Source: a virus (taxonomy: Duplodnaviria; Caudoviricetes). Taken from it: 52,214 nt of DNA. The DNA lies in the IMG/VR virus record IMGVR_UViG_3300025645_000104, positions 1 to 52,214 of that record, one strand, 5' to 3'. Below, piece by piece: positions 34,637-44,918 of this stretch. How positions within the stretch are numbered: position 1 is the stretch's first letter; the number at the start of each line of letters is the position of its first letter. Below the pieces are notes generated by a model. It had not been told where the DNA came from. It ran no database searches and saw only the letters and a program-made list of their open reading frames with translations. The position numbers were made by a program, and so were the translations under genes.

Positions 34637-34893
34637 TATTTCTTTTTCCTCTTTGTTGTTTTCTTTTTATGAAGACCGTGCCGAGCATGTTGCTTACCTT
34701 TTTTAGTAGCTTCACGTTTCTTTTTATTAGCTGCTGCAAGTTTCTTCCTACCTGCAGGACTAGACTTAAGCTTTTTAATTTTTGCAGATGGAGCATATAC
34801 TTCGCCAGTTTCAGAAGATTTCTTACCACTAGCGGTGCGCCACTTTTGCTTTGTCCACTTCTTTAAAGACTTCTGAGACTTCTTAAGTGCCAT
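34636..34893 (-). CDS. Highly basic small protein
   Basis: QKSLKKWTKQKWRT...; TAATG coupled. Confidence 0.8.
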   Translation of the reverse strand: MALKKSQKSLKKWTKQKWRTASGKKSSETGEVYAPSAKIKKLKSSPAGRKKLAAANKKKREATKKGKQHARHGLHKKKTTKRKKK

Positions 34894-35126
34894 TACTTAC
34901 CTACCTTTTTCATAGCCATCTTATGTGACTGTGTAAAGGTCTTACCTGCTTTCATTAACTTACGCATCTCAGCCATATGTTTAGATGTATGATGCACAGA
35001 ATGTTTCTTTAGCGTATCTTTTTGACGCTGAGTAAGTTCTTTAGTAACTTTCTTACCTTTTTTATACATAGCTCTTTTCTTAGGTCTACCTACTTTAGAA
35101 CCATATGTTCCTTTTCCCATTGGCAT
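34893..35126 (-). CDS. Highly basic small protein
   Basis: GTYGSKVGRPKK; His-rich C-terminal half. Confidence 0.8.
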   Translation of the reverse strand: MPMGKGTYGSKVGRPKKRAMYKKGKKVTKELTQRQKDTLKKHSVHHTSKHMAEMRKLMKAGKTFTQSHKMAMKKVGK

Positions 35127-35314
35127 TATTTGTATCCTCCGCCTTTTGCTTTATATTGTTTAGCTAACATCTGTGCTTTTCTAGCACTCCATTGACCTGC
35201 TTTTCCACCTTTACTACCTGCTTTAATCCTGTTAAAAAGATTCTTACGCATAGTAGGTTTAGTATAATTACCTGCTTTGTTTACGGTTGATTTCTTTTTC
35301 TTCTTGACTGCCAT
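35126..35314 (-). CDS. Highly basic small protein
   Basis: YTKP.MR...GGKAGQWSARKAQMLAKQYKAKGGGYK. Confidence 0.8.
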   Translation of the reverse strand: MAVKKKKKSTVNKAGNYTKPTMRKNLFNRIKAGSKGGKAGQWSARKAQMLAKQYKAKGGGYK

Positions 35315-35423
35315 AATAATCCATTTGCTCTTTTAGTTTTATTTGTTGTTTTCTAAAGTTAAATTTGGTTCTGTTTCTAGTCTCTTGTTTCCTAGCTTGA
35401 TTTCTAAATCCACCTTTCCTCAT
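35268..35423 (-). CDS. 51-aa basic protein
   Basis: MRKGGFRNQARKQETRNR...; ATGA overlap and AAGGA RBS; not in the track. Confidence 0.55.
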   Translation of the reverse strand: MRKGGFRNQARKQETRNRTKFNFRKQQIKLKEQMDYYGSQEEKEINRKQSR

Positions 35424-35632
35424 AAATCTAAATCCTTTAGTGCGTTAAGTTTATCTTTGGCTTGTGCAAGTTTGTCTATCTGCTGATCTATAGCTTCTAT
35501 AATATCAGGATGTTCTCCAACACCTGCACTGTTGTTAAAGTATACGTCAATGTTAGCTTCAGCTTTAGCTATCTCACCTTTGTACATAGCTTCTAAACCT
35601 TTATATAATCTGGTGTGGCATATGTTATTCAT
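35420..35632 (-). CDS. Helical hypothetical protein
   Basis: AGVGEHPDII motif between two helices. Confidence 0.75.
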   Translation of the reverse strand: MNNICHTRLYKGLEAMYKGEIAKAEANIDVYFNNSAGVGEHPDIIEAIDQQIDKLAQAKDKLNALKDLDL

Positions 35633-36123
35633 TAGTCTTTGTCCTTAGTAGTATTAGAAGCTCCAAAGTAAAAAGATATAATGGCACTTGCAAGTCCTCC
35701 AAGATAACCTAAAACTAAGTTAATTAACGCTTCGCTGTTCTGCTCTGGAGGCTGGACGGTGATTAAGAAGATGTAACCCATAAATCCACCAACTACAGTT
35801 AAACCCATGATACGAGATGTCCAGTCTTTAGAAAACTTTCCTCGCGCATCTTGAATGTCAGCAGTTTCTAGTGCGTATAGATCAACATCTAGTTCCTTCA
35901 TTCTAACTTCAAAATCTTTATCAATCTTTTTAAGTTCTGCAAGTTGTTCAGGTGTAGCAGCTTGTACTGCTGCTTCTATTTTCTTAGGTGTTGGCTCACA
36001 ACCAAGAGCATCAGCAACCATATTAGCTGCCATTGATCCCATTGGACCGCCTAGTGCTGTTCCTATTGTAGGAGCTACTGCACCTATAATGTTCTTTACA
36101 TTTTTAAGTAGATTCAATTTCAT
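35632..36123 (-). CDS. Putative holin
   Basis: VAPTIGTALGGP...DAR...two TM segments...SFYFG; next to the lysozyme. Confidence 0.65.
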   Translation of the reverse strand: MKLNLLKNVKNIIGAVAPTIGTALGGPMGSMAANMVADALGCEPTPKKIEAAVQAATPEQLAELKKIDKDFEVRMKELDVDLYALETADIQDARGKFSKDWTSRIMGLTVVGGFMGYIFLITVQPPEQNSEALINLVLGYLGGLASAIISFYFGASNTTKDKD

Positions 36124-36370
36124 TTTTTTCCTCGTTGTTAAAGCGTATACTTTCGTTAGCTAAAATATCTTCTACCGATTGCATCGCTATTTCTAATGGC
36201 ATGTCAGGCATACTTTTCAAGTGTGCGTTTAACATTTCTTCATAAACTTTTCTAAACTTGTCACGTTTAATCCATGCTAAGTCTTGTTTAGTTCTCATCT
36301 TACAGTCTATCCGATAAGCTCTATCAAGATCATCTTCTAGATACATAATAAATATATCATCCGTTAACAA
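36104..36370 (-). CDS. Hypothetical protein
   Basis: ORF between lysozyme and holin. Confidence 0.65.
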   Translation of the reverse strand: MLTDDIFIMYLEDDLDRAYRIDCKMRTKQDLAWIKRDKFRKVYEEMLNAHLKSMPDMPLEIAMQSVEDILANESIRFNNEEKNEIEST

Positions 36371-36767
36371 TCATCTGCTCCAGTCTGTCTGATCTGTTAC
36401 CTACTTGTCTAGCCCAACGACTATCAAGCATCTCTTTGCCTGCGGTTGTATAGTCACCTGCTTCCATAGCAGCTAAAAATTTTTTAAAGTTTAGTAACTT
36501 TGTCAAACCTAGATTAAAGATCATATTAATAATTGCACGTTGTCTAACGTCTGTTAAATCTGCAAACCACTTGAATACTCTAGTTGCTTCTTCTTCACAA
36601 ATTGTTATATCGTTGGCAAGAAGATAGTCAGACTCATCCATAGTGATACCACGCTCTTCAATATTTCTACCTACACCTAGCGTTAAAAATCCTGCCGAGC
36701 ATTTGTAAGGTCGTAGTTCTACACCTTCGTCACGTTTAAGTTCTTCAATTAGTTTGTCTTTGTTCAT
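36357..36767 (-). CDS. Endolysin, GH24 lysozyme
   Basis: RDEG...YKC...TLGVG (E-x8-C-x5-T triad), MIFNLG, DSRWARQVGNR. Confidence 0.9.
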   Translation of the reverse strand: MNKDKLIEELKRDEGVELRPYKCSAGFLTLGVGRNIEERGITMDESDYLLANDITICEEEATRVFKWFADLTDVRQRAIINMIFNLGLTKLLNFKKFLAAMEAGDYTTAGKEMLDSRWARQVGNRSDRLEQMIVNG

Positions 36768-39700
36768 TCATAACCTCTTTTCGTTTTTCTAGTATAGCTC
36801 TAAGGCTAGGTCTAGTTGTTTCAAAAAATGATTCGCCTGCGTACATATTATTTCTATCTTCTGGATCTTCTAGAGTACCTTCTGCTAATTTAATTCTTCC
36901 ACCTTCTTTTAATTTTTTTCTATCAGATAATTTTTCTTTAATTTTTCCATCTTTAAAAGAAGTTTTATCTGTATTATTTCTTATATAATATATCCAATCA
37001 GGTACAGTTTCAAAAGGTCTAAGTGCTTCTAACTCTTCTCTTTTACTTAATTTATTTATATTAAAATTAATAAGAGGTTTTTTACCTCTATACTTATCTC
37101 TTATTTGGTCGTTTACATAAGCCTGTACTTCATAATTAAAAACTTCATCTCGACCTACTTGATTTACAAACTGAGGATTATTTCTTACTAATCTTTCAGT
37201 TTCGTTATTTAATAAATAATAAGGATCAAATGAATTACTGTATAAATATTCTTGTCTTTCTCTTTTAGAAATACTTAATTTTTTTAAAGTTGTTTCTATA
37301 TCAACCATGTCCATTCCTAAAATTCTAGCAGCAGTTGTAGTTTCTTTTATTTTAGTTCTTATTTTATATTTATCGTTATTATATTTATCTACACGTTCAG
37401 CAAGTTCGTCAACAGTATATTCTTCTACAGATAAATCATTGTTAAACTTGCTTGTTATATTTTTATCTGCTCTAACCCATGTAGATGTTGCCTGTTTAAA
37501 ATTAGACTCTAAATCAAACTCTTGCATTTTTATACCTGTTAAGTTTGCTACTAGCTCATTAGCAAAATTTCTTTTATATTCTTTACCAGAAGTCTGATCG
37601 TTATAAGAAGAAAGTAAATTAGTCATGTTGGTATAAGTTTTAGGAACAAGTGCTGTTTTAAAAATATATTCAAAAGCTGCCATTTTATTTCCTTCCTGAA
37701 GAAAAAGAGGAAACGGACTGTCTGGATTTACATCTTGTAATATTTGTTTTCCAGAAGAAGTTGATCCTTTTATAAAAGCATCTGACACAGCTTGAGGAGC
37801 AATTCCGGGAATTATAAAAGGTTCAATAAGTTCAAACATATTTTCTACAACAACATCAGTTGCTTTTTTATTAAATTCTTCAACAGTAATTTTATCATCT
37901 ATAGCATCTATTGCAACTTTTACTAATAACCTACTTATATCACTGTAAGGATCTAAATAAGTCATATTTACTAAAGAAAGATTACCTGTGTCTGGATCAA
38001 CTACTGTTGCTGTTCTAGAATATTTTTCATAATCTTTTCTTAAAACTTCCATTGACCATCTTTCAGAATCTGTTATACCATTAATAGCATTAGTTGTTAA
38101 ATCTGTTACTCCTCCTACTCCCACTAACATACTTCCTAAAACACCTGCTGTTCTTTTTTCTCCTGCTTTTCTTAACACAGAGTTAGAGCTGTTCATTTGT
38201 CTAATTCCTAAACCTAAAGCATTTATACTTGTTCTTATTTCTTCATACCTAAAAGCAAAGAAACTTCCAAAAGGAGTATATGCAAAATCTTTAAAGAAAG
38301 GAGCTACTTTATTATAGTTAGGCATTGTGTTTTTTACAATGTCAGCAGCTTCTCTATTTAATTTATTGTCGAAATCTAATCTATCTTTTTTAGTTTTTAA
38401 AATTGTTTTACCGTCTAATTTATAAGCTTCTTTTAATATTCTTTTCTGATCTTGAAAATAAAGAATTTTAAAAAAGTTATCTGAACCAACATATATTTCT
38501 TGTGCTTTTCCTACTACATTAGATGCTTTAGTTGAAGTTTTTCTTACTGTTGTTTTAGTTCCTTCAAGAAGTGCGTTGCCTGTAGGATCATTCTTAAAAA
38601 AGTTTCTAGCTTTTCCTACCCAAGCTCCATCTCCTGCAGCTTTCATAGTTGCTTTTAATTCTGAAACTACGACAGATGAATTAATTACCCCCTCTTTAAT
38701 TAACATCTTTTCAAATACTTCTAGTTCTGCATCACTCTTATTAGCAATAGTTAAAGCTAAAACTCCAAGAGATTTTTTAGCTTCTTGAAGATTATTAGGC
38801 ACTCTTCCGTTAGCTAATAAAAACAAAGGACCTGCCATAAAGTTTCTTATCTGTGTAGTGTTACTCAATACGGTAGAGTTAACATTTGCAGCAGCTTTAA
38901 AAGCTACGAAAGGAGCAACTAATGCTTGACCAAACGCATTATCTTCTACAATAGACTGAAAAATATTTTTTCTTGTTCCTGCTATGTTACGAAAAACTTT
39001 TGCAAGTTTAGGAGTTGTATAATAATCATCAAGCGCACCTAGTTTAGGAAGAACTAAATTTTCTGCTGTACCTGTAGGACTAGACGTATTTTTAAGACCT
39101 ATACGAGTATTATATCTTCCTTTCTGCGCACCTTTAAATAAAGAAACACCTTCGCCTAACTCTACAAAAGTTTTAAACATCTTATCTGTTTCAATGTACT
39201 TAGATAAACCTCTTACAGTAGCTATAATTTGTTGTTGAGGATCTGTTACTTCTCCATAAAAAGCTCTAGCTTCTTTAGACAACTTTTGTTTTTTTGAAAA
39301 TAAATTTTTATGTATGTTTCTATATGCTCCAGATGCACCTTCATCAAAAATATTTAAATTTAACATGTTTCTTTGTGCATTTTTATTTTTTATCATACCA
39401 TCTACATATTGCTGTGCTGTATAACGATACACATCTTTAACACCTGCTACAGCTTTAAAATTTTTTATGTTGTCTTTTACATGTTCTCTAAAATATCTAT
39501 TATTAGTTAAGTAATCAACATAATTATTTTGAACTGTTTTTGTAGGTTTCCAATACGGACTAATAAAAAATTCATATTGAGTTTTTAAATATTTACCTAA
39601 GTTAGCTTCAATTATAGCTTTAACTTCAGGACTAATAAAACCATCTTTAGTATTCATAACAGTTGCAGACATTGAATCTATCTGCATCCTTATATTTCTA

Positions 39701-41538
39701 ACTGAGTTTGCTACTGCTTCAGGTAATTCTTTTAAATCTTTTTCAAAATTTAAACTTTTAAGAAGAGGTAATCCTGAATCTTCAAACTCTCCTGTTTCTC
39801 TATTAAATTTTTTAGCTTGTGCTGAACTTGCTTCTTTACTAGCTTTAACTTTTGGATAATTTTTAGTAATTATATTTCCAATATGCTCCCAAACTTTTTT
39901 AGATGTGTCTAACTTTTTATCTTTAATTTTTAATCCTTTAGAAACCATTATTAAATTATCTATTTCTTCACCTAAATGTTTTACAGCTTTTTCAATACCA
40001 TAACTATCTTGTGCCATTTTTTGATCTGCGGTTTCTTTTACTGCAGTCATTTGACGAGACAACGCTCCTCCAGATTTAAATACAGGAAGAATTATATTTT
40101 CCATCATACTATGTAAAAAATTACCAGTTTTAGCTTCGCTAGGATTGTGTAAAATAGCAAACTGCTCTACTGCTTCAGGTTTAAGTTTACCTTGTGAATC
40201 TCTTATTTCTGCTGCTCTGCCTTTATAACTAGAGTTAATTGTTTTACCCATAAATAAAATAGTTTTTTCTGTTCCTGCTTTAATTCCTTTTAAAAGACTA
40301 AATGCTGAAACTGCAGATGCTTTTAAACCTGCGCCTAAACCTACCCATGTAACAGCTCCTTCTAAAGCCATATCTAATCTAGCTTCAAGTTCAGAAGAAG
40401 AATCATCTGTAGATAAAAAAGTAATTACATCGTCAGCAAAACCATCATCTTGAGCCATCATACTACCTACTATTTTAGATAGCCTATCTTCATAAGGATT
40501 TAATAAAACTTGTGCAGTTAATTCAGCAGAGGGTGCATATCTTCCAAAATTTAAAGTTCCTTTAGCAAGAACTCCTAAAAATCTTTTTGAAAGCTTACCG
40601 CTATTTTTTGCTGTCTCAACAAACTTATCTGCTTGTTTTACCCAATTTGGCGCACGAATAAACAAATCTGCACCTGCTTTTAATTTTGTAGTTCCTACTA
40701 TAAAAGGAGCTATATCTCCTACTGCAAAAGAAGTAAGCCTTCCTAATTTACTTGTAGGTCTAGTTCCTTCTATTCTAAAATTAGATAGTTCAGTTTTATT
40801 TTCTGGAAGTATTCCATTTATTAAATCTTTTTTATACTCGTCAGGCAAAGAATCAATAGCAATTACAGCTTCAGTTAAACCGTATTTAGTTGTTATTCCT
40901 TTTGGATCTTTTGAAAATTCTTCCCAAGTTCCTTTATATCTTCCTTCTTTTACAGCTATTTTATGAAACTCTCTAATTTTAGAAAGATCACCAGTAGGTT
41001 TTATTTTATCTCCTACAAACTTATTAGCTAAGTAAGCTACATCTGTTAAAGCACTTCTTGTTAAATTAAAACCTTTTTCTGGTTTTTTAAATCGTTTTAT
41101 TTCTTTTAATTCTTGACGAGCTTCTCTTTCAATTTTTCTTTCTTTAGTTTCTTCTTCTGTTCTTAAACCAGAAAGAGCAAAGTCTTTTATACTAGAACCC
41201 ATTTTAATAGTTTGATCTTTATAACGATCTAGTTTTTCTGCAACAGAGCCTATTGTCTGAACAATTTCTTCTGCTGTGTCATACCCTAAAAAATCATCGC
41301 TTTTCTCTTCTATAACAGGATAGTTACTCATACTGAGAGGTCTGCTAATTTCAGATATTTCTTTTTTTAAAAATTGTTCTTTAAACGTTTCATAAGTATA
41401 TCTTTCTTCTAAATATAGTTTATCTTTTAATCCTTGTGTATAAACAGCGTTAGCTAAACTTTCATCTGAACTAAACAAATTTTTTACAGATGGATTATTT
41501 TTTAAATATTCATCTTTTGTAATTGCTTGAAAACTCAT
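36745..41538 (-). CDS. Large internal virion (DNA ejection) protein
   Basis: 1597 aa, largely helical, last of the internal-protein cluster. Confidence 0.65.
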   Translation of the reverse strand: MSFQAITKDEYLKNNPSVKNLFSSDESLANAVYTQGLKDKLYLEERYTYETFKEQFLKKEISEISRPLSMSNYPVIEEKSDDFLGYDTAEEIVQTIGSVAEKLDRYKDQTIKMGSSIKDFALSGLRTEEETKERKIEREARQELKEIKRFKKPEKGFNLTRSALTDVAYLANKFVGDKIKPTGDLSKIREFHKIAVKEGRYKGTWEEFSKDPKGITTKYGLTEAVIAIDSLPDEYKKDLINGILPENKTELSNFRIEGTRPTSKLGRLTSFAVGDIAPFIVGTTKLKAGADLFIRAPNWVKQADKFVETAKNSGKLSKRFLGVLAKGTLNFGRYAPSAELTAQVLLNPYEDRLSKIVGSMMAQDDGFADDVITFLSTDDSSSELEARLDMALEGAVTWVGLGAGLKASAVSAFSLLKGIKAGTEKTILFMGKTINSSYKGRAAEIRDSQGKLKPEAVEQFAILHNPSEAKTGNFLHSMMENIILPVFKSGGALSRQMTAVKETADQKMAQDSYGIEKAVKHLGEEIDNLIMVSKGLKIKDKKLDTSKKVWEHIGNIITKNYPKVKASKEASSAQAKKFNRETGEFEDSGLPLLKSLNFEKDLKELPEAVANSVRNIRMQIDSMSATVMNTKDGFISPEVKAIIEANLGKYLKTQYEFFISPYWKPTKTVQNNYVDYLTNNRYFREHVKDNIKNFKAVAGVKDVYRYTAQQYVDGMIKNKNAQRNMLNLNIFDEGASGAYRNIHKNLFSKKQKLSKEARAFYGEVTDPQQQIIATVRGLSKYIETDKMFKTFVELGEGVSLFKGAQKGRYNTRIGLKNTSSPTGTAENLVLPKLGALDDYYTTPKLAKVFRNIAGTRKNIFQSIVEDNAFGQALVAPFVAFKAAANVNSTVLSNTTQIRNFMAGPLFLLANGRVPNNLQEAKKSLGVLALTIANKSDAELEVFEKMLIKEGVINSSVVVSELKATMKAAGDGAWVGKARNFFKNDPTGNALLEGTKTTVRKTSTKASNVVGKAQEIYVGSDNFFKILYFQDQKRILKEAYKLDGKTILKTKKDRLDFDNKLNREAADIVKNTMPNYNKVAPFFKDFAYTPFGSFFAFRYEEIRTSINALGLGIRQMNSSNSVLRKAGEKRTAGVLGSMLVGVGGVTDLTTNAINGITDSERWSMEVLRKDYEKYSRTATVVDPDTGNLSLVNMTYLDPYSDISRLLVKVAIDAIDDKITVEEFNKKATDVVVENMFELIEPFIIPGIAPQAVSDAFIKGSTSSGKQILQDVNPDSPFPLFLQEGNKMAAFEYIFKTALVPKTYTNMTNLLSSYNDQTSGKEYKRNFANELVANLTGIKMQEFDLESNFKQATSTWVRADKNITSKFNNDLSVEEYTVDELAERVDKYNNDKYKIRTKIKETTTAARILGMDMVDIETTLKKLSISKRERQEYLYSNSFDPYYLLNNETERLVRNNPQFVNQVGRDEVFNYEVQAYVNDQIRDKYRGKKPLINFNINKLSKREELEALRPFETVPDWIYYIRNNTDKTSFKDGKIKEKLSDRKKLKEGGRIKLAEGTLEDPEDRNNMYAGESFFETTRPSLRAILEKRKEVMNEQRQTN

Positions 41539-41548
41539 TTTAATTAGT

Positions 41549-43459
41549 CTACTTTTCTGCTTCAGTTATATTAGGAATGTCATATGTTCTGTCTAATTCA
41601 ACAGCAATATCATAAAGTATATCTTCAATCATTACACCTTCTCTCCTGTACCATTGTGCAGTAACATTTCCACTATTACCATAAGCTGCTGTCATGTCTG
41701 CTAAAGTAAGTATTCTAGCTATTGTATCTACAGATTTTATTGATTCAGAATCTAAAAACTCTTGTGCTACTTTTTGTTTTTCAGAATTACCGCTAATTTC
41801 TGCAACATCTTTTATATTAGTTAATGTTCTTTGAATTAAATCAGCATTATTTTTAAGTAGTGAACTTGATAATCTACCGTCAAAAGTGTCTGCTTTTAAA
41901 TTTAATAGCCTAGCTTTATTAGTATTTAAAAGAGCGTTAAAAGTATCATAAGCGTTTCCTTTATTAACATTTTTATATTGTTCAGCTAAAGTAGCTATAC
42001 TGTATTCTAAACTTAATTTTTGACTTGCTAATGTTGTTCTATTTTCAGGTGTTACTTTTATGTTCTCTAATGCTATTAACTGATCAATTTTTTCTCTTTT
42101 CAAATGACCATACATTTTTGTTTGATAAGCTAATACAACTGACGCATCAAGTGGTTTTTCTTTATAATTTAATGTACCTGAAGCAGTAGCTACTCCTCCT
42201 GTTGTTACATTTTGAATTTTACGCGAAGTAAAATCTACATATTCTGCTTGCGCTAAAACATTTGAATAAGTAGGATTAGCGTCTTCTCGTTCTATAAAAA
42301 GATTAACATCTCTTTCTGTTAATAACTTTACTCTTTCACTTGTACTATAAAAATTTATAATGTTTGAATTTTCTTTTACAGGTAAAGAAGCTAAATATAA
42401 ACTTGCGCTATCGTGATTTCCATCAGCTATTAAACTTTGAGTTTTATAATTATTCATAAAGTCTGTAGAAGCTTTAGCAGGATTATCCATTGCCTCTTTA
42501 CCATAAAGACCATTATTTGCTCCTGCTAAAAAATTAGTTACTAGATTTACATCAGGAGATAAAGGTTGTACTTCTGGAGGATCTTCTAACAACTCTATTT
42601 TAGCAGAAGCTTCCTTCCTAAGTTTTTCAGAAAGATTAGTATTGTCTCTAGCGTTTATTAAAGTATTTAAAATTTCTTCATACTCTGCGTCACTTTCTTC
42701 CTGTGCTTTTTTATCTGCATTAGAAACTAAGTTTGAATATTCAGTATCTCTTAAATTATATAATTTTTCAATACTGTTTCTAGCTTCTTTTAAGTATACA
42801 TCTTGAGGATTTTCAACATAGCTACCTGTAAGCTGAGTAAATTTTTTAGCTATTGTATCTCTATATCTAGCTTTATTTAAAGAAAGCTTTGCTCCACGAT
42901 ATAAAGGTTCTACAGCAGCTTGTGCTTCTTCTTTAGTTTTTAATTTCCAATCATATAATTTTTGTTGATCTACAAGTTTTGTAAATCTTAAATCAGCTTT
43001 TCTTATAGCTTCTTTTCTTGATTCTGCGCTTATTTTTCTGTCATTTGAATACCCTTTTAAAGGAATATTTGTTGTAGCTAATGCTATTTCCTCTATACGC
43101 AAACTATCTCGTACTTTTTCTTTATTATCTATATTAAAAATAGCATCGCCATTGTCGTTTATAGAAACATTAACTTTTCCTCCACGACCTTCAATGTCAG
43201 ATATAAGCTTACCTCTTTCTGTAAATCTTTTATTAATTAAACTACTAGTTATATTTTTTTCATTTTCAATTTTTGCTATATTATTTGCAGTATTTTTAAC
43301 TAAGTTACTATCTAAAATAGTTTTAGTAAGCAAAGCAGTTCCTGCAACAGCAGCAGCCGTTCTTTTTTTATCTGTATCAGCATCTGAAGATAAACTAGAA
43401 GCATAGCTGCTCCAATCAGTTACTGGATTAATTCCTGCAGGAGGTGGTATAAATGCCAT
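41549..43459 (-). CDS. Putative internal virion protein
   Basis: 636 aa helical ORF in the cluster. Confidence 0.55.
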   Translation of the reverse strand: MAFIPPPAGINPVTDWSSYASSLSSDADTDKKRTAAAVAGTALLTKTILDSNLVKNTANNIAKIENEKNITSSLINKRFTERGKLISDIEGRGGKVNVSINDNGDAIFNIDNKEKVRDSLRIEEIALATTNIPLKGYSNDRKISAESRKEAIRKADLRFTKLVDQQKLYDWKLKTKEEAQAAVEPLYRGAKLSLNKARYRDTIAKKFTQLTGSYVENPQDVYLKEARNSIEKLYNLRDTEYSNLVSNADKKAQEESDAEYEEILNTLINARDNTNLSEKLRKEASAKIELLEDPPEVQPLSPDVNLVTNFLAGANNGLYGKEAMDNPAKASTDFMNNYKTQSLIADGNHDSASLYLASLPVKENSNIINFYSTSERVKLLTERDVNLFIEREDANPTYSNVLAQAEYVDFTSRKIQNVTTGGVATASGTLNYKEKPLDASVVLAYQTKMYGHLKREKIDQLIALENIKVTPENRTTLASQKLSLEYSIATLAEQYKNVNKGNAYDTFNALLNTNKARLLNLKADTFDGRLSSSLLKNNADLIQRTLTNIKDVAEISGNSEKQKVAQEFLDSESIKSVDTIARILTLADMTAAYGNSGNVTAQWYRREGVMIEDILYDIAVELDRTYDIPNITEAEK

Positions 43460-43462
43460 ATT

Positions 43463-44062
43463 TTATTTCCTTTCTAATAAACTTAAACTAGAAGACGTAG
43501 CTTCTTCTGTAGTAGGTTTGCTTAATAAACTTGTAGGTTCAATATTTTCAATTTCTTTTTGTATTTCAACAGGAACAGAAGATTTACTTATTGTTTGAGG
43601 TTTTAAATTTTGAAAAGTTATTTCTTTTTCTGATGCTTCTTTTAATTCTTCTGAATATAACTCAGCATTATCTTTTTCTTCTCCTGCATAAGTTCTTATA
43701 TCAGTTATACCTGCTTTTTCTCCCATAGCTAATATCATATACATAGTAGGTTCTTGCAATAATAACATTAAATCAGGAGTCCATTTTCCTGTTTCAAAAC
43801 CTTCGTAAAGAATGGAAGAACTAATGTCTAATACAGGTACTCCTGCTTCTAAAGCATTTATAGTACTTGCAAACATTTCAGGCTCAATTAAAGTATTAAA
43901 AATAAAATGAGTACCTTCTTTTACTCTTGTTATTTTAGGAGGACTTTCCCAATCATAAGCTGCGTTTTTTGAATTTGTTAACGATTGTCCTGCTATAGGT
44001 GAGTTTACAACAGCATCCTGCATTATTTTTAAACCTTCGTTAGTTGTAATTTGATCTTGCAT
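43463..44062 (-). CDS. Hypothetical virion-associated protein
   Basis: PIAGQSLT...WESPP...GKWTPDLMLLL. Confidence 0.65.
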   Translation of the reverse strand: MQDQITTNEGLKIMQDAVVNSPIAGQSLTNSKNAAYDWESPPKITRVKEGTHFIFNTLIEPEMFASTINALEAGVPVLDISSSILYEGFETGKWTPDLMLLLQEPTMYMILAMGEKAGITDIRTYAGEEKDNAELYSEELKEASEKEITFQNLKPQTISKSSVPVEIQKEIENIEPTSLLSKPTTEEATSSSLSLLERK

Positions 44063-44074
44063 TAGTTACTCCGT

Positions 44075-44893
44075 TTAAGATAGTGTAGGTGCAAATTTTC
44101 CTAATCTGTGCCAAGCTTGCCAAGTAGGATCTCCTGTTCCATATAAATTAGAATTAAAATATTGTTGCCAAGTATTAACAGACGATCCTGCGTTAGCAGC
44201 TAAAGACTGTATAGGGGGAGGTAAAGGTGTTTGAGAAGATCTTGTGCCTTCTTCTACTCTAGTTCCAAACACTGCTCCTTTTGCACCTGTATCGTCTTCG
44301 GCAAATTCTTTATTAATAATAGCACTTGTTGTTGACATTACTGCTTGTTGTCCTGCTGCTGTGCCTAATGTTCCTAATAAAGACTCTCTTGTTTCTGGAT
44401 CTTTTTGGCTTAACAACCTAGTAGATCCTTCAACATCTTCAGGAAGCATGTTTTGATATTTTTCTATAAGTTTTTTCTCAGTACTAGGATTATTTATAAT
44501 AGCCTGTATTCCTTCAGTCCATTTTTTATTTGCATCTAAACCGTAATCTAATCGTTTATCGTTTATAAGATTTGAAAATTTACTACCTATATCAAAAGGT
44601 CCGCTTATAACATCTAAACTATTAGACATAGCACTCGTAATTCCGTTATGTACAGTTCCTATTCCTTTAGTAGCAACATGAGCAGCATCTGATAACTTAC
44701 CTGCAGTTTTCATTAAAATATTAGCATCTGGTGCATTACCTAGTTTAGAAAGATCTGTAAGTCCATTAGTAAATTTATTTGCTATAGTAGGCATCATAAA
44801 ATACAAAGCAAATGTTCCTATCGGTCCAATTTTTTTTGTAAGTTTACGTATTCCTCTACCTATTTTTCTTCCTATTTTTCTTAAAAATCCCAT
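44075..44893 (-). CDS. Putative internal virion / pilot protein
   Basis: Amphipathic basic N-terminus MGFLRKIGRKIGRGIRKL, G/A-rich. Confidence 0.55.
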   Translation of the reverse strand: MGFLRKIGRKIGRGIRKLTKKIGPIGTFALYFMMPTIANKFTNGLTDLSKLGNAPDANILMKTAGKLSDAAHVATKGIGTVHNGITSAMSNSLDVISGPFDIGSKFSNLINDKRLDYGLDANKKWTEGIQAIINNPSTEKKLIEKYQNMLPEDVEGSTRLLSQKDPETRESLLGTLGTAAGQQAVMSTTSAIINKEFAEDDTGAKGAVFGTRVEEGTRSSQTPLPPPIQSLAANAGSSVNTWQQYFNSNLYGTGDPTWQAWHRLGKFAPTLS

Positions 44894-44918
44894 TGTGTTT
44901 CCTTTTTTTATAAAATGT

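Noticed and set aside
34629-34829. Alternative-frame 66-aa ORF
   Set aside because: Lies almost entirely within the better-coupled 34636-34893 gene
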